A stretch of DNA of 64,000 bases, from NCBI RefSeq assembly GCF_006345805.1, contig NC_043013.1, positions 39,060,001 through 39,124,000 of the forward strand, read 5' to 3'. This DNA is from Octopus sinensis. Lineage: Eukaryota. This document shows, one piece after another, positions 11,473 through 23,812 of the stretch. The translations under genes and the position numbers were made by a program. The notes under the pieces are model-generated. The model made no database searches. It saw only the letters and a list, made by a program, of their open reading frames with translations, and was not told the origin of the DNA. Numbering within the stretch: position 1 is the first letter of the stretch; every line of letters begins with the position of its first letter.

Positions 11473-14120
11473 TTCAAAATTAATGAGGATGATTTGACTT
11501 CTGAGACCTTCTGTGGTCGTGGAAGGACCAACCTTTTGTTTTAGGATTGGCCTGGTTTAGTTGCCAAACTTTATACGTACCCAACGAGAGGTTTCTTGAG
11601 CCTCTTTTGTATCTGCCTTCTGACCAACAAGCATCTCGGCCGAATGGAAAAGAGAGGGACAATGCACTGCTTGTACTCTGTTTTGGCATCACAATTCTCC
11701 TCTTTTCTCCCTCACTAGCAGCAGACAATTAAGCGAGCTCCCACACGCAAAGAATCCATTGAACCAGAACGTATTACTACAACTGACTACCAACATGTAC
11801 GTACACGGGCAAACGACGCGACGCCATCGTTTCTATCTTATGTTGTAGCGTCATTATAATCTACGAAATAAATGGCCATCTCCATAATTAATTGTTTTTT
11901 CATTCATTCATTTTTACGATACATCATCATTCAAGCCTCATCGTAACTTTCGCCTTCTCTCCTCCCAATCATGTCGTTACAAATATATGGACGGACTTCT
12001 TTCAGTTTCCGTCCTCCAAATCCACTCACAAGGCTTTGGTCAGCCTCTGGTTATAGTGAATGGCGTTTTCCCAAGATGCCACGCAGTGGGACTGAATTTG
12101 GAATAATATGGTTGGGAAGCAAGCTTTTTGCAATATAACCACGCTTGCGCCTAAGAAATTAGTGACCTTAAAGAATTAAAAAAAAAAAAAAATGAAAGGC
12201 TCTTTCTCTCTCCTCGCCCCACCACCATTTTTTCCCTTTCCCACATGGTGTAGGTATATGATCAGAAACTCGTTGAATATTACAAACGAAAAAAGGCGTA
12301 GGTAAAGAATACGAACACCACCGTTTTCGGCGTAACTAAAAACACCGGGTGTGCGTATTTTTTACCTTCGCAAACGAAAAGTTTGTCTGTGAAACAAACT
12401 GTATTTTGGATACGGCACTGAGCATCCATTCAATGCCTCTGTTTATCCAACAGCAGATCCGATGAGAATTGGACAAGAGAAGATTAAAGAAAAAAAAACA
12501 AAAAAACTTTCGTAATGCGAATCAAATGTCTTCGATTATTTTTTTCTGCAGCGAGAAAATAAATAACAGTTAACCATTCTTTCGATTTCTGAATATAAGC
12601 TGTAAGTGGAAAGTTATCACAGGTGCAGACATGGGCAAGTATCTTCTGCTGTAGCCTCCGGTTGACCAAAACCTTGTGAGTATAGTTGGTAGACGGAAAC
12701 TGAAAGAAACCTAAAAGTACTAGGCTTAAAAGGATAAGTCCTAGGGTTGATTTCTTCGACTAAAACCCTTCGATGCGGTGCTCCAACATGGCCGCAGTCA
12801 AATGACTTAAACAAGTAAATGTGTGTCTTTGTGTTTGTGTTTATCGCCCTCCTCCACCGCTTGATAACCGGTGTCAGCTTGTTTATGTTCCCATAACGTA
12901 GCGGTTCGGCATAACAGACCGATAGAAAACGTACCCGGCTTTAACATAAAAAAGAGAAGAAAAGAAAAAGTTCTGGAATCAATTTGTTCGACTGAGCCTT
13001 TGAAGGCGATGCTCCCGCATGGCCACAGTCCAATGACTGAAACAAGTAAAAGGTTATCAGCATAGGTATTTTGATAAAAAGAGAAAAAAAAAAAAAAAAT
13101 GGTAAGCAAATTGTCTTCAGAATGGACCGCAATCTCAGTTTTTAAGCGTGGAATCCTCTAAAATCTTGGTAGAAGGAAGGGGAAGAGAAAGATAAACGTG
13201 AAAATTTTTTCTCGCCACTTTTTGTTTTTGTGTTTTTAAATCGTGATCTTCGTTATTTGAAAACGTAAATGTCCGAATAAAATAAAAAAAAACTGAAAAT
13301 AAAATATATGTGATGGTTTGTTGCCAACTTAATGTGACAGTTCCAGAGGCAAAAATGCTTAGTTTCCAGTTGGCTATGTGATTACAAGCGTTCTGTGTCA
13401 CATTAGCCACGTTTCCTGGGGTTATATAACAGTAGCATCTTCCCTTTCCTGGGACTGCCACATTAATTTGGCAAGAAACCATCACTTTATCGTGCTGCTA
13501 TTGTATAAGTCTCTCTGAGAGATTTAGAAATGCAATATTTCTAAAATATATAATACAAAAGGAATATAAATTAGTATATAATATAAAATATATAATATAA
13601 GGTTCCAGGTAAGTTTGCCTTGATACTATCGAATTGTAATCAGTATTTTCACTCTCAGTGTAACACCAAAAAACCAAAGAATGCTGAATAATAAATACAT
13701 TATTGAACTTAAAAGGAAAGAAGAAAAGAATTGGTCACCAAAGTAAATATAGTCTACGATGAAAGTTAACTGCATAATTTAATAAAATAACACGATGTCG
13801 ACAGCTGAAGTCAAACTATCTTTTGGAAAAGCTTTCCCTTTCGCCGACACTATTTGATATTTTTATCGAGATCATCTGCACAGGCGTTCGATCGGGTTTA
13901 CAAAACAATAAAACGCTCGAAAACCGTTCGGAAACTTTTTTTTTTTTTTTTCAAAACTGACAAGATCGAACAAGTAACATCACATGACCATAAACACATC
14001 CTGTTGTCTAAATATAGCCAAATGCAACGGGCTTTTATTAGAAGAAATAACATGATGTAATCTGACAAACCTTTTATATGAAGCATATAAAGGTAGTTGT
14101 ATACCGCATATAAATTAATA

Positions 14121-14275
14121 CACGTGAACGAAACAATAAATAAAAGGGGCGATCTTTGCCAATAAAAGTTTATAACAGAAAACTGTAATACACAACAACC
14201 GGTTGTCTGGATGACATTTCTACACGGAACGAAGATGCACTAGCACCGATAGGTTTCAGCGAATTGGCGCGAAAA
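14121..14275 (+). promoter_or_regulatory. Probable HELLS promoter: E-box, CCAAT and E2F site
   Basis: CACGTG 14121-14126; CCAAT 14159-14163; TTGGCGCGAAAA 14264-14275 (reverse TTTTCGCGCCAA, canonical E2F) overlapping an inverted CCAAT; unique CpG-retaining sequence; strong donor 160 nt downstream. Confidence 0.6.
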
Positions 14276-14279
14276 TCTA

Positions 14280-14433
14280 GCGTGCCTTTTCATGTTGTCA
14301 TTGATGTGTTGTGTTTGCTTGGGCTGAGAGGCAACAGTCATTAATATACAAATACGTTCACCCAGATATTTGTGTTTAACAATTTAGAAGTATTTATTTA
14401 TCGGTGATATTAATGAAGTTCGACTGAAATAAT
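14280..14433 (+). other. HELLS: Probable HELLS exon 1 (5' UTR plus first two bases AT of the start codon); 5' boundary uncertain
   Basis: Ends gaaataAT|gtaagt; joining to the acceptor at 25544 gives ATG CCC AAC ATT AGC..., in frame with the downstream CDS; A at -3. Confidence 0.5.
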
Positions 14434-14505
14434 GTAAGTATATATATTTTTTCTCTATGAAGCTATCTTGCGTGTATTTTTTCCCACGAGCGAACTGTCG
14501 TTATG

Positions 14506-14507
<2 letters not shown>

Positions 14508-14578
<71 letters not shown>
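14508..14578. repeat. (CT)n(AT)n microsatellite
   Basis: Direct reading. Confidence 0.95.
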
Positions 14579-14584
<6 letters not shown>

Positions 14585-16597
14585 TATCATACACACGTGT
14601 GCATATGTATAAATGTATATTTTCTTTTGTATATATGCTATAATTAGATTGTAAGCAGTGCAGATAGTTTTTTATGTATGTATGTATATATATATGATGT
14701 GTGTACGTGTATATATATATATGTATGTATAATATTCACACATAACCATAACTATATGAGAAAAAGGATGTAGGGGAAGTAGATAATATCTATCTTCCTT
14801 TCTTGGGTAATGTTTCGTCCCAAGTCGATCAAAATCTAGTCAAAGCCTTCCATCTTTAGCCATCATCTTTTTTTTTTCTCTGCTGTCCACTGTTTTTTCT
14901 CCTTTTCGTTCAGAAAGATACGGCTCCCTATAATATTATTTAGAGGTGTAAACGCATTTTGAAATGTCAGATATGTATAGCCTATCTATTCTGGGCAATC
15001 TTTCGTCTCGCCCTATTCTGTATTTTAAAAGCGTTCTAACCGTGGCCATCTCGTCGTTTTAAAACATTTCAAACGAGATTATCTGGGGAAAAAATGTTCT
15101 AAATGTCACCATCCTGTCTTTTTAACACGATCCAACTATGACCATCTTGTTTTACTTAAGCCCAAATCTCCCTCGTGTCACACCCTATCTATCATATAAG
15201 AAGACACGTTGGCTAATGTAACCTGTGGTACGCTGCCTGAAGCATATAAAAAAAAATATAGAAGTTCGTGGGTGGAGTGTCTATAGTCAGTCATAGGGTT
15301 GCTGGCGTTAAGAATGCAAGAATACATTCCTCGTTGATACTTAAATTTCTTGTTAATTTAATTCATGAAAAAATTGTGTTACAGTCGTTATTTTAATTAA
15401 GATGCAAATGATATATTTCAACGGAATATGATTGCCTGAAAAATAAATGGGATGGTCGTGGGTAGAGGTGCCCTTGATCACGTCTGTTGGATCAGACCTG
15501 ACACGAGCTGGGGCTAAACGACGACAATTGGAATCGGCTTTCAGCTCAGTTAACGAGCGATCCTGAAATGTCAAGGGTTATCGAAATTAGGTTAATTTAT
15601 TAAATGTAGAAAAAATAGGATCTTGTGAATTTTCCAAGTCTCTCCTTACGCCCCCCCCCCAGGTTTATTTGCGGAAAATTTTTTTCTACACAGTTGTTAA
15701 CACCCTGCAGGCTGTTTTTTTTTTTTTTTTTCGTTCGCGGGTGAGGATCTTTATATTGGGGGTCAAATTGAAGAAAACTTTATATGCCATGACCCAATCG
15801 AATCTACTTCGAATCTATGATTTTTCATAGGTAAATTCTAATTGAGGAAATTCTATATTGTAGAATTGTATTAAAAAGGAACATGGGAACATGCAGAGAA
15901 AATCTGCCTTTTATCATAAGAGATTTCGTGAGACTTGGCAGAGGGGCGCACAGTTTTGTGTGGCAGGTACATTTAGCTTATCCTAAGGTTAAATTTACTG
16001 ATTCTAGATTTGTAGATTTTTTTTTCTTTTTAATTTTGGTTTTTAGAAATCTGAAGTTAAAGGAAAAAAACTGGGTAACTTTAAACCTCTATAACTTCTT
16101 AAAAAAAAATTTCTGGTAAAAATGAAATATCTCCTGAGATTCAGCGTGGAAAATTAAGATCAGTAAGCCAAGTTTTAAAAAATTTTCAATAAACTTCGAA
16201 ACTTTCACATGTGCAGCCAAACAGAAAAGATTCGGTTAAAAAATTAAGTAGGGTTATTTTGTGAAGAAAAATACTAATTTTTCTTTCTTTCTATCACCTT
16301 GTATTTTACAATCTGTATACTCATCATCATCGTTTTAACGTCCATTTTTCCACGCTTACATGGGTCTGACGGATTTTGTTGAAGCAGATTTTTCTATGGC
16401 CAGGTGCCTTTCCAGTCATCAACCCTCACCTGTTTCCAAGCTGGGTGATATTTCCCCTTGGCCAGACATATTTTTTCAAAGAGAATTGGAAACAAACGAC
16501 ACTACTTGTATGAGGGTGAGGCTTTCTTGCAACTATCATGTAATGTGAATACCAGGAGAGAGAGACACGTTTGTGTGTGTGTGTATATATATATATA

Positions 16598-17160
16598 ACT
16601 CCGTTGGTCACCTGGAAGGCTTCAGATGAGTTGCTGTCTTCAAGGACTCTGGCTGTCATTCCGTCGTGGAACTGGCGGACAATTGCAATAAATTTGCTGG
16701 GGCAACCAAATTTTCCCATGACCTTCCATAGTCCCTCCCGACTGACTGTATCGAAAGCCTTGGTGAGGTCAACAAAGGTCATGCAGAGGTCAAGGTGCTG
16801 CTCCATGCATTTCTCCTGGAGCTGGCGGACGGCGAATATCATGTCAGTGGTCCCTCGACCCACGCGGAAGCCACACTGGCTCTCGGAGAAGGCCTTGCTC
16901 CAAGTGTTCCAGAAGGAGGTCAAGCAGGACCCGGGCTATGGACAAGAGGGAGATTTCTCGGTGGTTGTCGCAGGACCGCCGATCTCCTTTCCACTTATAA
17001 ATGTGGACGATTGTTGCGTCCCGGAAATCTTGAGGGAGTTGTTCCCTGTCCCACATCGACTGGAACAGGCTGGTGAGCTGACTGATCATGGTGGGGCCGC
17101 CCGACTTGAACACCTCTGCAGGGATGGCGTCAGAGCCTGGAGCTTTGCCGGTGGACCTTT
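16598..17160 (-). mobile_element. RTE-clade LINE reverse-transcriptase fragment
   Basis: GKAPGSDAIPAEVFK...KGDRRSCDNHREISLLS and ESQCGFRVGRGTTDMIFAVRQLQEKC...FVDLTKAFDTVSREGLW; frameshifted. Confidence 0.93.
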
Positions 17161-17639
17161 TTTTTTTTTTTTTTTCCCACACATTATATATATATATATA
17201 TATATATGCTGGATGTGAGAAAGGAAGATCTCCAGAGGATCAATGTCATCTTGGAGGATACAGAGGGGCTGGCACAAGACAGCCAGTGATGGGGAGCACT
17301 GGTGGACCTGCTTAGCTCAGCACACAATGATGCCCCTGGGACCACTAACCTGAGATGACCCCAGCTTCATCATGCAAGAGCATGAAGTAAGTACATGTGT
17401 GTTACTGTCTTTTTGCCTTGACATCACGTGATAGTTGTAAACAAGGCGCAGGAGTGGCTATTTAGTAAGTAGCTTGCTTACGAACTGCATGGTTCCAGGC
17501 TCAGTCCCACACACATTATATATATATATATATATACATTAAAAACTATCTGCATTCCTTACAATCTAATTATATATATATATATATATACACACACATA
17601 CATACACATATGGCCCAGACCATCCCCCCCATCTCCATA

Positions 17640-18275
17640 TATGCCCTGACATCATGGAGTTTGTCAGTTCCTTCATCTACCAGGGCTCCACAGTCACCAA
17701 CAATGGCAACTTGACTCTGGAAATCAATGTAAGATGTGGTCTGGCTGCTGGGATCATGTACTCCCACTGGAAGCCTCTTTGGTTCCACTGCTCTATCTCG
17801 TGGAAGATGAAGCTCTGCATATGCAATGCATTGGTCCTGTTCATTCTTGTCTACGGAGCAGAAACCTGCCCCCTTATGAAGACCCTGTTGGCAAAGAGGA
17901 CTGATGGTTTTAATAGTAGAGCCTTGAGAACCACCGAAGACATCAGATGGTACCATCATGTTTCCAACAGAATTTGCTTGTGTGCATATGCATCAGTCCA
18001 CAGCCTCTCACCTCATAGCAACCGACTGCATGTGCTGATATGGACATATCCTCTGTCTTATCATACCAGAGCCTTGCTCTCATTCGACACAGCAGCTGTG
18101 GGATGGAAGAAGCCCCGTGGAAGGCCCTCCACCAGATGGCTGGATGTGAGAAAGGAAGATCTCCAGAGGATCAATGTCACCTTGGAGGAAACAGGGGGGC
18201 TGGCACAAGACAGCCAGTGATGGGGAGCACTGGTGGAGCTGCTTAGCTCAGCACACAATGATGCCTCTGGGACCA
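17640..18275 (+). mobile_element. RTE-clade LINE 3' fragment
   Basis: FIYQGSTVTNNGNLTLEINVR...LVLFILVYGAET...GWKKPRGRPSTRWLD. Confidence 0.88.
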
Positions 18276-18375
18276 CTAACCTGAGATGACCCCAGTCCCA
18301 TCATGCAAGAGCATGAAGTAAGCACATGTGTGTTACTGTCTTTTTGCTTTGACATCACGTGATAGTTGTAAACAA

Positions 18376-18763
18376 GGTGCAGGAGTGGCTGTGTAGTAAG
18401 TAGCTTGCTTACGAACCGCATGGTTCCGGGTTCAGTCCCGCTGCATGGCACCTTGGGCAAGTGCCTTCTACTATAGCCTCGGGCTGACCAAAGCCTTGTG
18501 AGTGGATTTGGTAGATGGAAACTGAAAAAAGCCTGTTGTATATATGTATATATATATATATATATGTCTGTGTTTGTCCCCCCAATATCACTTGACAACC
18601 AATGCTGGTGTGTTTACGTCCCCATAACTTAGCAGTTTGGCAAAAGAGACCGATAGAATAAGTACTAGGCTTACAAAGAATAAGTCCTGATGTCGATCAT
18701 TTCGACTAAAGGCAGTGCTACAGTATGGCAGCAGTCAAATGACTGAAACAAGTAAAAGAGTAA
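18376..18763 (+). mobile_element. SINE family A, full length
   Basis: Complete head, core, internal microsatellite and tail. Confidence 0.88.
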
Positions 18764-18956
18764 GGGCCACCGTCAGTGGTGTCCATTTCCAATAATCTGT
18801 GGAAACCTGTTTGGTCATGTATAAATATTACCTTCGAAACAGTTAAGGATATTAGCAATAGGAAGGGCATCCAGCTGTAAAAAAAAAGTCTACTTCAGCA
18901 AATTTCATGTGACCCATGGAAACACAGAAATGTGGACATTATAAATGATGATGATG

Positions 18957-19180
18957 ATCAGGATCATAATTTTAGGATATGATCCATCAGGATCATAATT
19001 TTAGGATATGATCCATCAGGATCATAATTTTAGGATATGATCCATCAGGATCATAATTTTAGGATATGATCCATCAGGATCATAATTTTAGGATATGATC
19101 CATCAGGATCATAATTTTAGAATATGATCCATCAGGATCATAATTTTAGGATATGATCCATCAGATCATAATTTTAGGAT
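18957..19180. repeat. 29-bp minisatellite, about 7.5 copies
   Basis: Unit ggatcataattttaggatatgatccatca, starting at 18961, 18990, 19019 and so on. Confidence 0.95.
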
Positions 19181-19649
19181 GTTTCACCCCTCATCATGGT
19201 CATCACCTTCACGTTGCATCATATTTCAGTGGTCAGTACAGTCATCATCATGCTATTTCACTTATCTTTGTCATCTCTTCATCATTGCTATTGTCATCAT
19301 CATCATCATCATCATCTTCAGGTTGCATCATAAACTTTTCAATGGTTAACATTTGCTATCAACATCATCACTTTTTGTAAGTTATATCCTGTATATGTTC
19401 CAGGTTGATACCCCACCATTATCGTCGCCACCACCCTCATCATCAATATCATCCTCGTCATCACCATTATTACCATCATGTTTTGGTTACATCATGGATA
19501 TTTCAATCATCTATTTAAGTTGCATCATAGCAATTTCAAAGATCACTTAACCATCATCATGATTTTTAAGTTCCATCATGGATATTTCTTCTGATTGACA
19601 ACTCCCCCATCAAATTTCACCATCACAATCATCACCACATCTTTAAGGT

Positions 19650-19990
19650 TCTGAGACACCCTTCGCTCACGACACTGACCATGGGATTGCACCTAAAAAG
19701 TTACCCTCCCAGGCACAAGTCCGAGCAAGGTTGTTTATGGAAGACCAGCAGTCGCCCATGCATACCGGCCTCCCCTCTCCACGCCACCAGTGTTATCCAA
19801 GGGAAAGGCAAAGGCCGATGCAGCTTGGCACCTGTGACGTCGCAACTCATTTCTACAGGTGAATGAACTGGAGCAACGTGAAATAAAGTGTCTTGCTCAA
19901 GAACACAACACACAGCCTGGTCTGGGATTCGAACTCACAACCTCATGATCGTAAGCTTGACACTCTAACCTCTGAGCCATGCGCCTTCAC
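19650..19990 (-). mobile_element. tRNA-derived SINE family G inside a CAT-rich low-complexity region
   Basis: Reverse strand begins gtgaaggcgcatggctcagaggttagagtg...gagttcgaatccc and continues cttgagcaagacactttatttcacgttgctccag; related pieces at about 40100-40290 and 55000-55150. Confidence 0.75.
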
Positions 19991-20925
19991 ATATCTTTAA
20001 GGTTATAAGAGGTATATTTTACTGATCAACTACATTGCCATTATCATCATCATTTCTTAATGTTACATCATGGGTATTTCACTCATTGGCATTACTACTA
20101 TCATCATCATCATCATCGTCGTCATGATCATTAATTTGCATCATAGATACTTCAGTAACCAACATAGGCATCATCATCATGATGTCTTTAGGTTACAACA
20201 TATTTTACAGATCAACATAACCATCATCATAAACATAACTATTATCATCATCATCTCTTTGTTACATCATGTCTGTTTCACTCGTTAACATCATTACTAT
20301 CATCATCTATTTGTCACATCATGGATATTTATTTCATGATGAACACCATCACTGTCACTGCTACTACATATTTCTTTATTACCTACAAGTGGCTAAACAG
20401 AGAGAGGACAAACATAGGTATTAAGTCGATTGCATCAACCCCCAGTGCGTAACTGGTACTTAATTATCGAACCCGAAAGGATGAAAGGCAAAGTCGACCT
20501 CGGCGGAATTTGAACTCGCAACGTAACGCAGACGAAATACCGCTAAGCATTTCGCCCGGCGTGCTAACGTTTCTGCCAGCTCGCCGCTACTACCACAACT
20601 ATCACCACCACCACTCTGATTTACATCATAAGCATTTCAGTAGTAGTTACTATCATACGCACAGAAGTTCCAATACAGTAATCAATAACTAATCAATACC
20701 ACCATCACTATATAATTTAGCTTACATCATGATTATTTCAGTAGCCATCACCATTTTTATTGTCATTGAGTATTCTTCGCTTGGATGTAGTTATAGCCAT
20801 AGAATATTTAAATTTAATCTCCATAGGTTTTATTGCTACTGTAATTTTCTAATTTTGCTGGTGTGTATATGTATATATGCATAGATAGGCCTGTGTGTAT
20901 GTATATATATATATATATATATATA

Positions 20926-21298
20926 GGTGCAGAAGTGGCTGTGTGGTAAGTAGCTTGCTTACAAACCACATGGTTCCGGGTTCATTCCCACTGCATGGCA
21001 TCTTGGACAAGTGTCTTCTACTATAGGCTTGGGCCGACCAAAGCCTTGAGAGTGGATTTGGTAGACAGAAACTTGAAGAAGCCCGTCGTAAATATATGTA
21101 TGTGTGTCTGAGTTTATCCCCCCAACATAGCTTGGCAACCTATGTTGGTGTGTTTATCTCCCAGTAACTTAGCAGTTCGGCAAAAGAGACTGATAGAATA
21201 AGTACTAGGCTTCCAAAGAATAAGTCTTGGGGTTGATTTGCTTGACTAAAGGCAGTGCTCCAACATGGCCACACTCAAATGACAAACAAGTAAAGAGA

Positions 21299-21300
<2 letters not shown>
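20926..21300 (+). mobile_element. SINE family A, full length
   Basis: Complete head-to-tail match to the other family A copies. Confidence 0.88.
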
Positions 21301-21336
<36 letters not shown>

Positions 21337-21390
21337 ATAAAACGGTAAGACAACAAAAGAAAGAAAGAGACCTCAATATTATGTAAATAG

Positions 21391-22330
21391 CCCAACAGTA
21401 AAGAAAAGGAATAATAGAAATAGGAAGGTCATCTGGTTTACGCCCCCTTACTCACCCGAGGTGGCCTTCAATATAGGTAAATATTTCCTAGCACTGATAG
21501 ATAGACATTTTCCAGTTAACCATACTTATAGGAAACTCTTCAATAGACACAATTTAAAAATTAGTTTTAGTTCAACTACCAATTTTAAAAACATAATCAA
21601 ACATAACATACAAAAAACACAAGAAGAAAACAGCTGTTCATGCAGGAATAAAGAATTGTGCCCGCTAAATGGAGCTTGCATGTCCAAGACCATCATATAT
21701 GAAGCTACCGTAAACTCTATAACCACTAAAGACACCGTTTCGACGAAGAAATACGTGGGCCTTACAGAGGGTAATTTGAAGGCCAGGTTCAATAACCACA
21801 CTTTGAGCTTTAGGCACTGGAACAAAAGAAAAGCGACACAATTGTCTAATCATATTTGGTCTTTAAGAGATAAAGGTGTCGATTATAACATACAATGGAA
21901 GATTTTGGCCAGATGTAAGCCCTATACTAACGGCAGCGGAAGGTGCGGTCTATGCGACATGGAGAGATGGCTTATCTGGAAAAGCAGCTTAGACCCTACT
22001 ACATGTCTAAATACAAGGACAGAGCTTTTCGGATCATGCCCACATGTGACTAAGTTTCTGTTACGTTTTTGGTCCCCTAAAGAAAACAGATAGAACATGC
22101 TTTCTATGTTATGTCCCAAGAAGAATTTATATATTTTTTATGTATTTTTATATAATTTTTATGACGAAAAATGCGAGCGATGTATAAGTATGCAGGCAAG
22201 CAGAGTTATAACAGAGTAATTTCCCTTTATTTAACGGTATTTTTTCATAACGTTTTCAAATAGCCAGATAACCGAAGAGATGGTGTTGTGGATTTCCACT
22301 TCGGCATCTGAAACTCAGAGTTTTATCTTG
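21391..22330 (+). mobile_element. Penelope-like element 3' fragment with GIY-YIG endonuclease
   Basis: RKVIWFTPPYSPEVAFNIGKYFLALIDRHFP...CPLNGACMSKTIIYEATV...KYVGLTEGNLKARFNNHTLSF...YNIQWKIL...CGLCDMERWLI; open to the stop at 22093; HHR in the 3' region. Confidence 0.92.
22266..22328 (+). ncRNA. Type I hammerhead ribozyme (probably decayed) at the Penelope 3' end
   Basis: Stem I AGATAA/TTATCT; core CCGAAGA (U4->C); stem II GATG...CATC with an inner GTGGA/TCCAC hairpin; GAAA; stem III ACTC/GAGT; GUU triplet. Confidence 0.75.
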
Positions 22331-22350
22331 ACTACCGAGTAATGTAACAT

Positions 22351-22403
<53 letters not shown>

Positions 22404-22552
22404 CTATATATAGATATATGTGTATATATTTAAATTTAAGTCACAATATATAGATTCAAATGATAAAAAAAAGCCCCTTCATTTATTATTGTACAAATCA
22501 TAGACTATACAGTAATATATACAAGTTGTTGTGACATTAGGGTTTTTCTTAT

Positions 22553-22741
22553 TACTCTTTTACTTGTTTCAGTCATTTGACTGTGGCCATGCTGGAGCAC
22601 TGCCTTTAGTCAAGCAAATCGACCCCAGGACTTATTCTATCGGACTATTTTACCGAACCGCTAAGTTATGGGGACGTAAACACACCAGCATCGGTTGTCA
22701 AGCGATGTTGGGGGGACAAACATGTACACACACATACATAC

Positions 22742-22773
<32 letters not shown>

Positions 22774-22932
22774 GACAGGCTTTAACTTTCCGCCTACCAA
22801 ATCCACTCACAAGGCTTTGGTTGGTTCGAGGCTATAGTAGAAGACACTTGCCCAAGGTGCCATGCAGTGGGACTGAACCCAGAACTATTTGGTTGGTAAG
22901 CAAACTACTTACCACACAGCCACTCCTGTGCC
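22553..22932 (-). mobile_element. SINE family A, full length
   Basis: Reverse complement of the family A consensus. Confidence 0.88.
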
Positions 22933-23036
22933 TTTAAATAAAAGTTCATCAAACTACTTCTGTCATTTATGACTTATATATATCATATATTATATATATA
23001 TCATATATATATATATATTATATATATATATATATA

Positions 23037-23553
23037 TCTATATATATAAAACTGTAGTTGTGTGAGTGTCTGTCCCCTTCGATTTAGATTCCTAACTCCT
23101 CCCACATTTTGCGGTGCAGTTTAACCAAATTCGGGTATCTTATAGTTGTGATTAATATCAAGCCCGTCTGGCTATTAGCGCGCGTATACGATGAGTCTAC
23201 GATTTTAAAAATAATTTAACATAATTTTTTATTCCATTTTAATGCATAATTTTTCGTGTGTCGATGGCGGCGGAGTTGGCGTCCACGCTCAAACACCTGC
23301 ACCTGTGTTTGTTTCTCCCCCTTCTTCCCTCCCTCGTGAAGCTGTGGGGAAGGGAATTTAAGGAAATCAACGTTCTAATGCGTTGTCAAGGAGACCAGCA
23401 TTCTTTTAGAACAACGACTTCATGGCTTGAAGACACCAAAACAGAAATGGCTAAGAAAGCTCGAATTGGCATCTATAAGGGAAGTAACTCTCTAAAAATG
23501 CTTATATAGTTATTTCCCTTACAAACCCGAGCAACGCCGGGCGATACTGCTAG
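23037..23553 (+). mobile_element. Non-autonomous Helitron
   Basis: A|TCTATATATATAAA 5' end; 3' GC hairpin CCCGagcaacgcCGGG about 10 nt before CTAG|T; no TSD. Confidence 0.82.
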
Positions 23554-23771
23554 TTATATATATATCATCATCGTTTAACGTCTGTTTTCCATGCTGGAGA
23601 CCAGCAAGCCAGGAGGCTCAAATTTGATCTGGCAATATTTCTATAGCTGGATGCCCTTCCTAACACCAACTACTCTAAGAGTGTAGTGGGTGCTTTTTAT
23701 GTGCCACCTGCACAGTAGCCAGTCAGGTGACACTAGCATTGGCCACGTGCAAAAGCGTTAGGACTAGGTCG

Positions 23772-23810
<39 letters not shown>

Positions 23811-23812
<2 letters not shown>

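Noticed and set aside
13863-13872. DRE motif in the promoter region
   Set aside because: TATCGAGA has a mismatch to TATCGATA and lies about 400 nt from the inferred start; expected by chance.
15640-16270. DNA-transposon-like block in intron 1
   Set aside because: Looks repeat-like, but no matching TIR pair, TSD or coding remnant could be established.
18957-19180. CRISPR-like array of palindromic ~29-bp repeats
   Set aside because: Units are directly adjacent with no unique spacers, there are no cas genes, and the context is eukaryotic; the same applies to the 26-bp and ~62-bp arrays.
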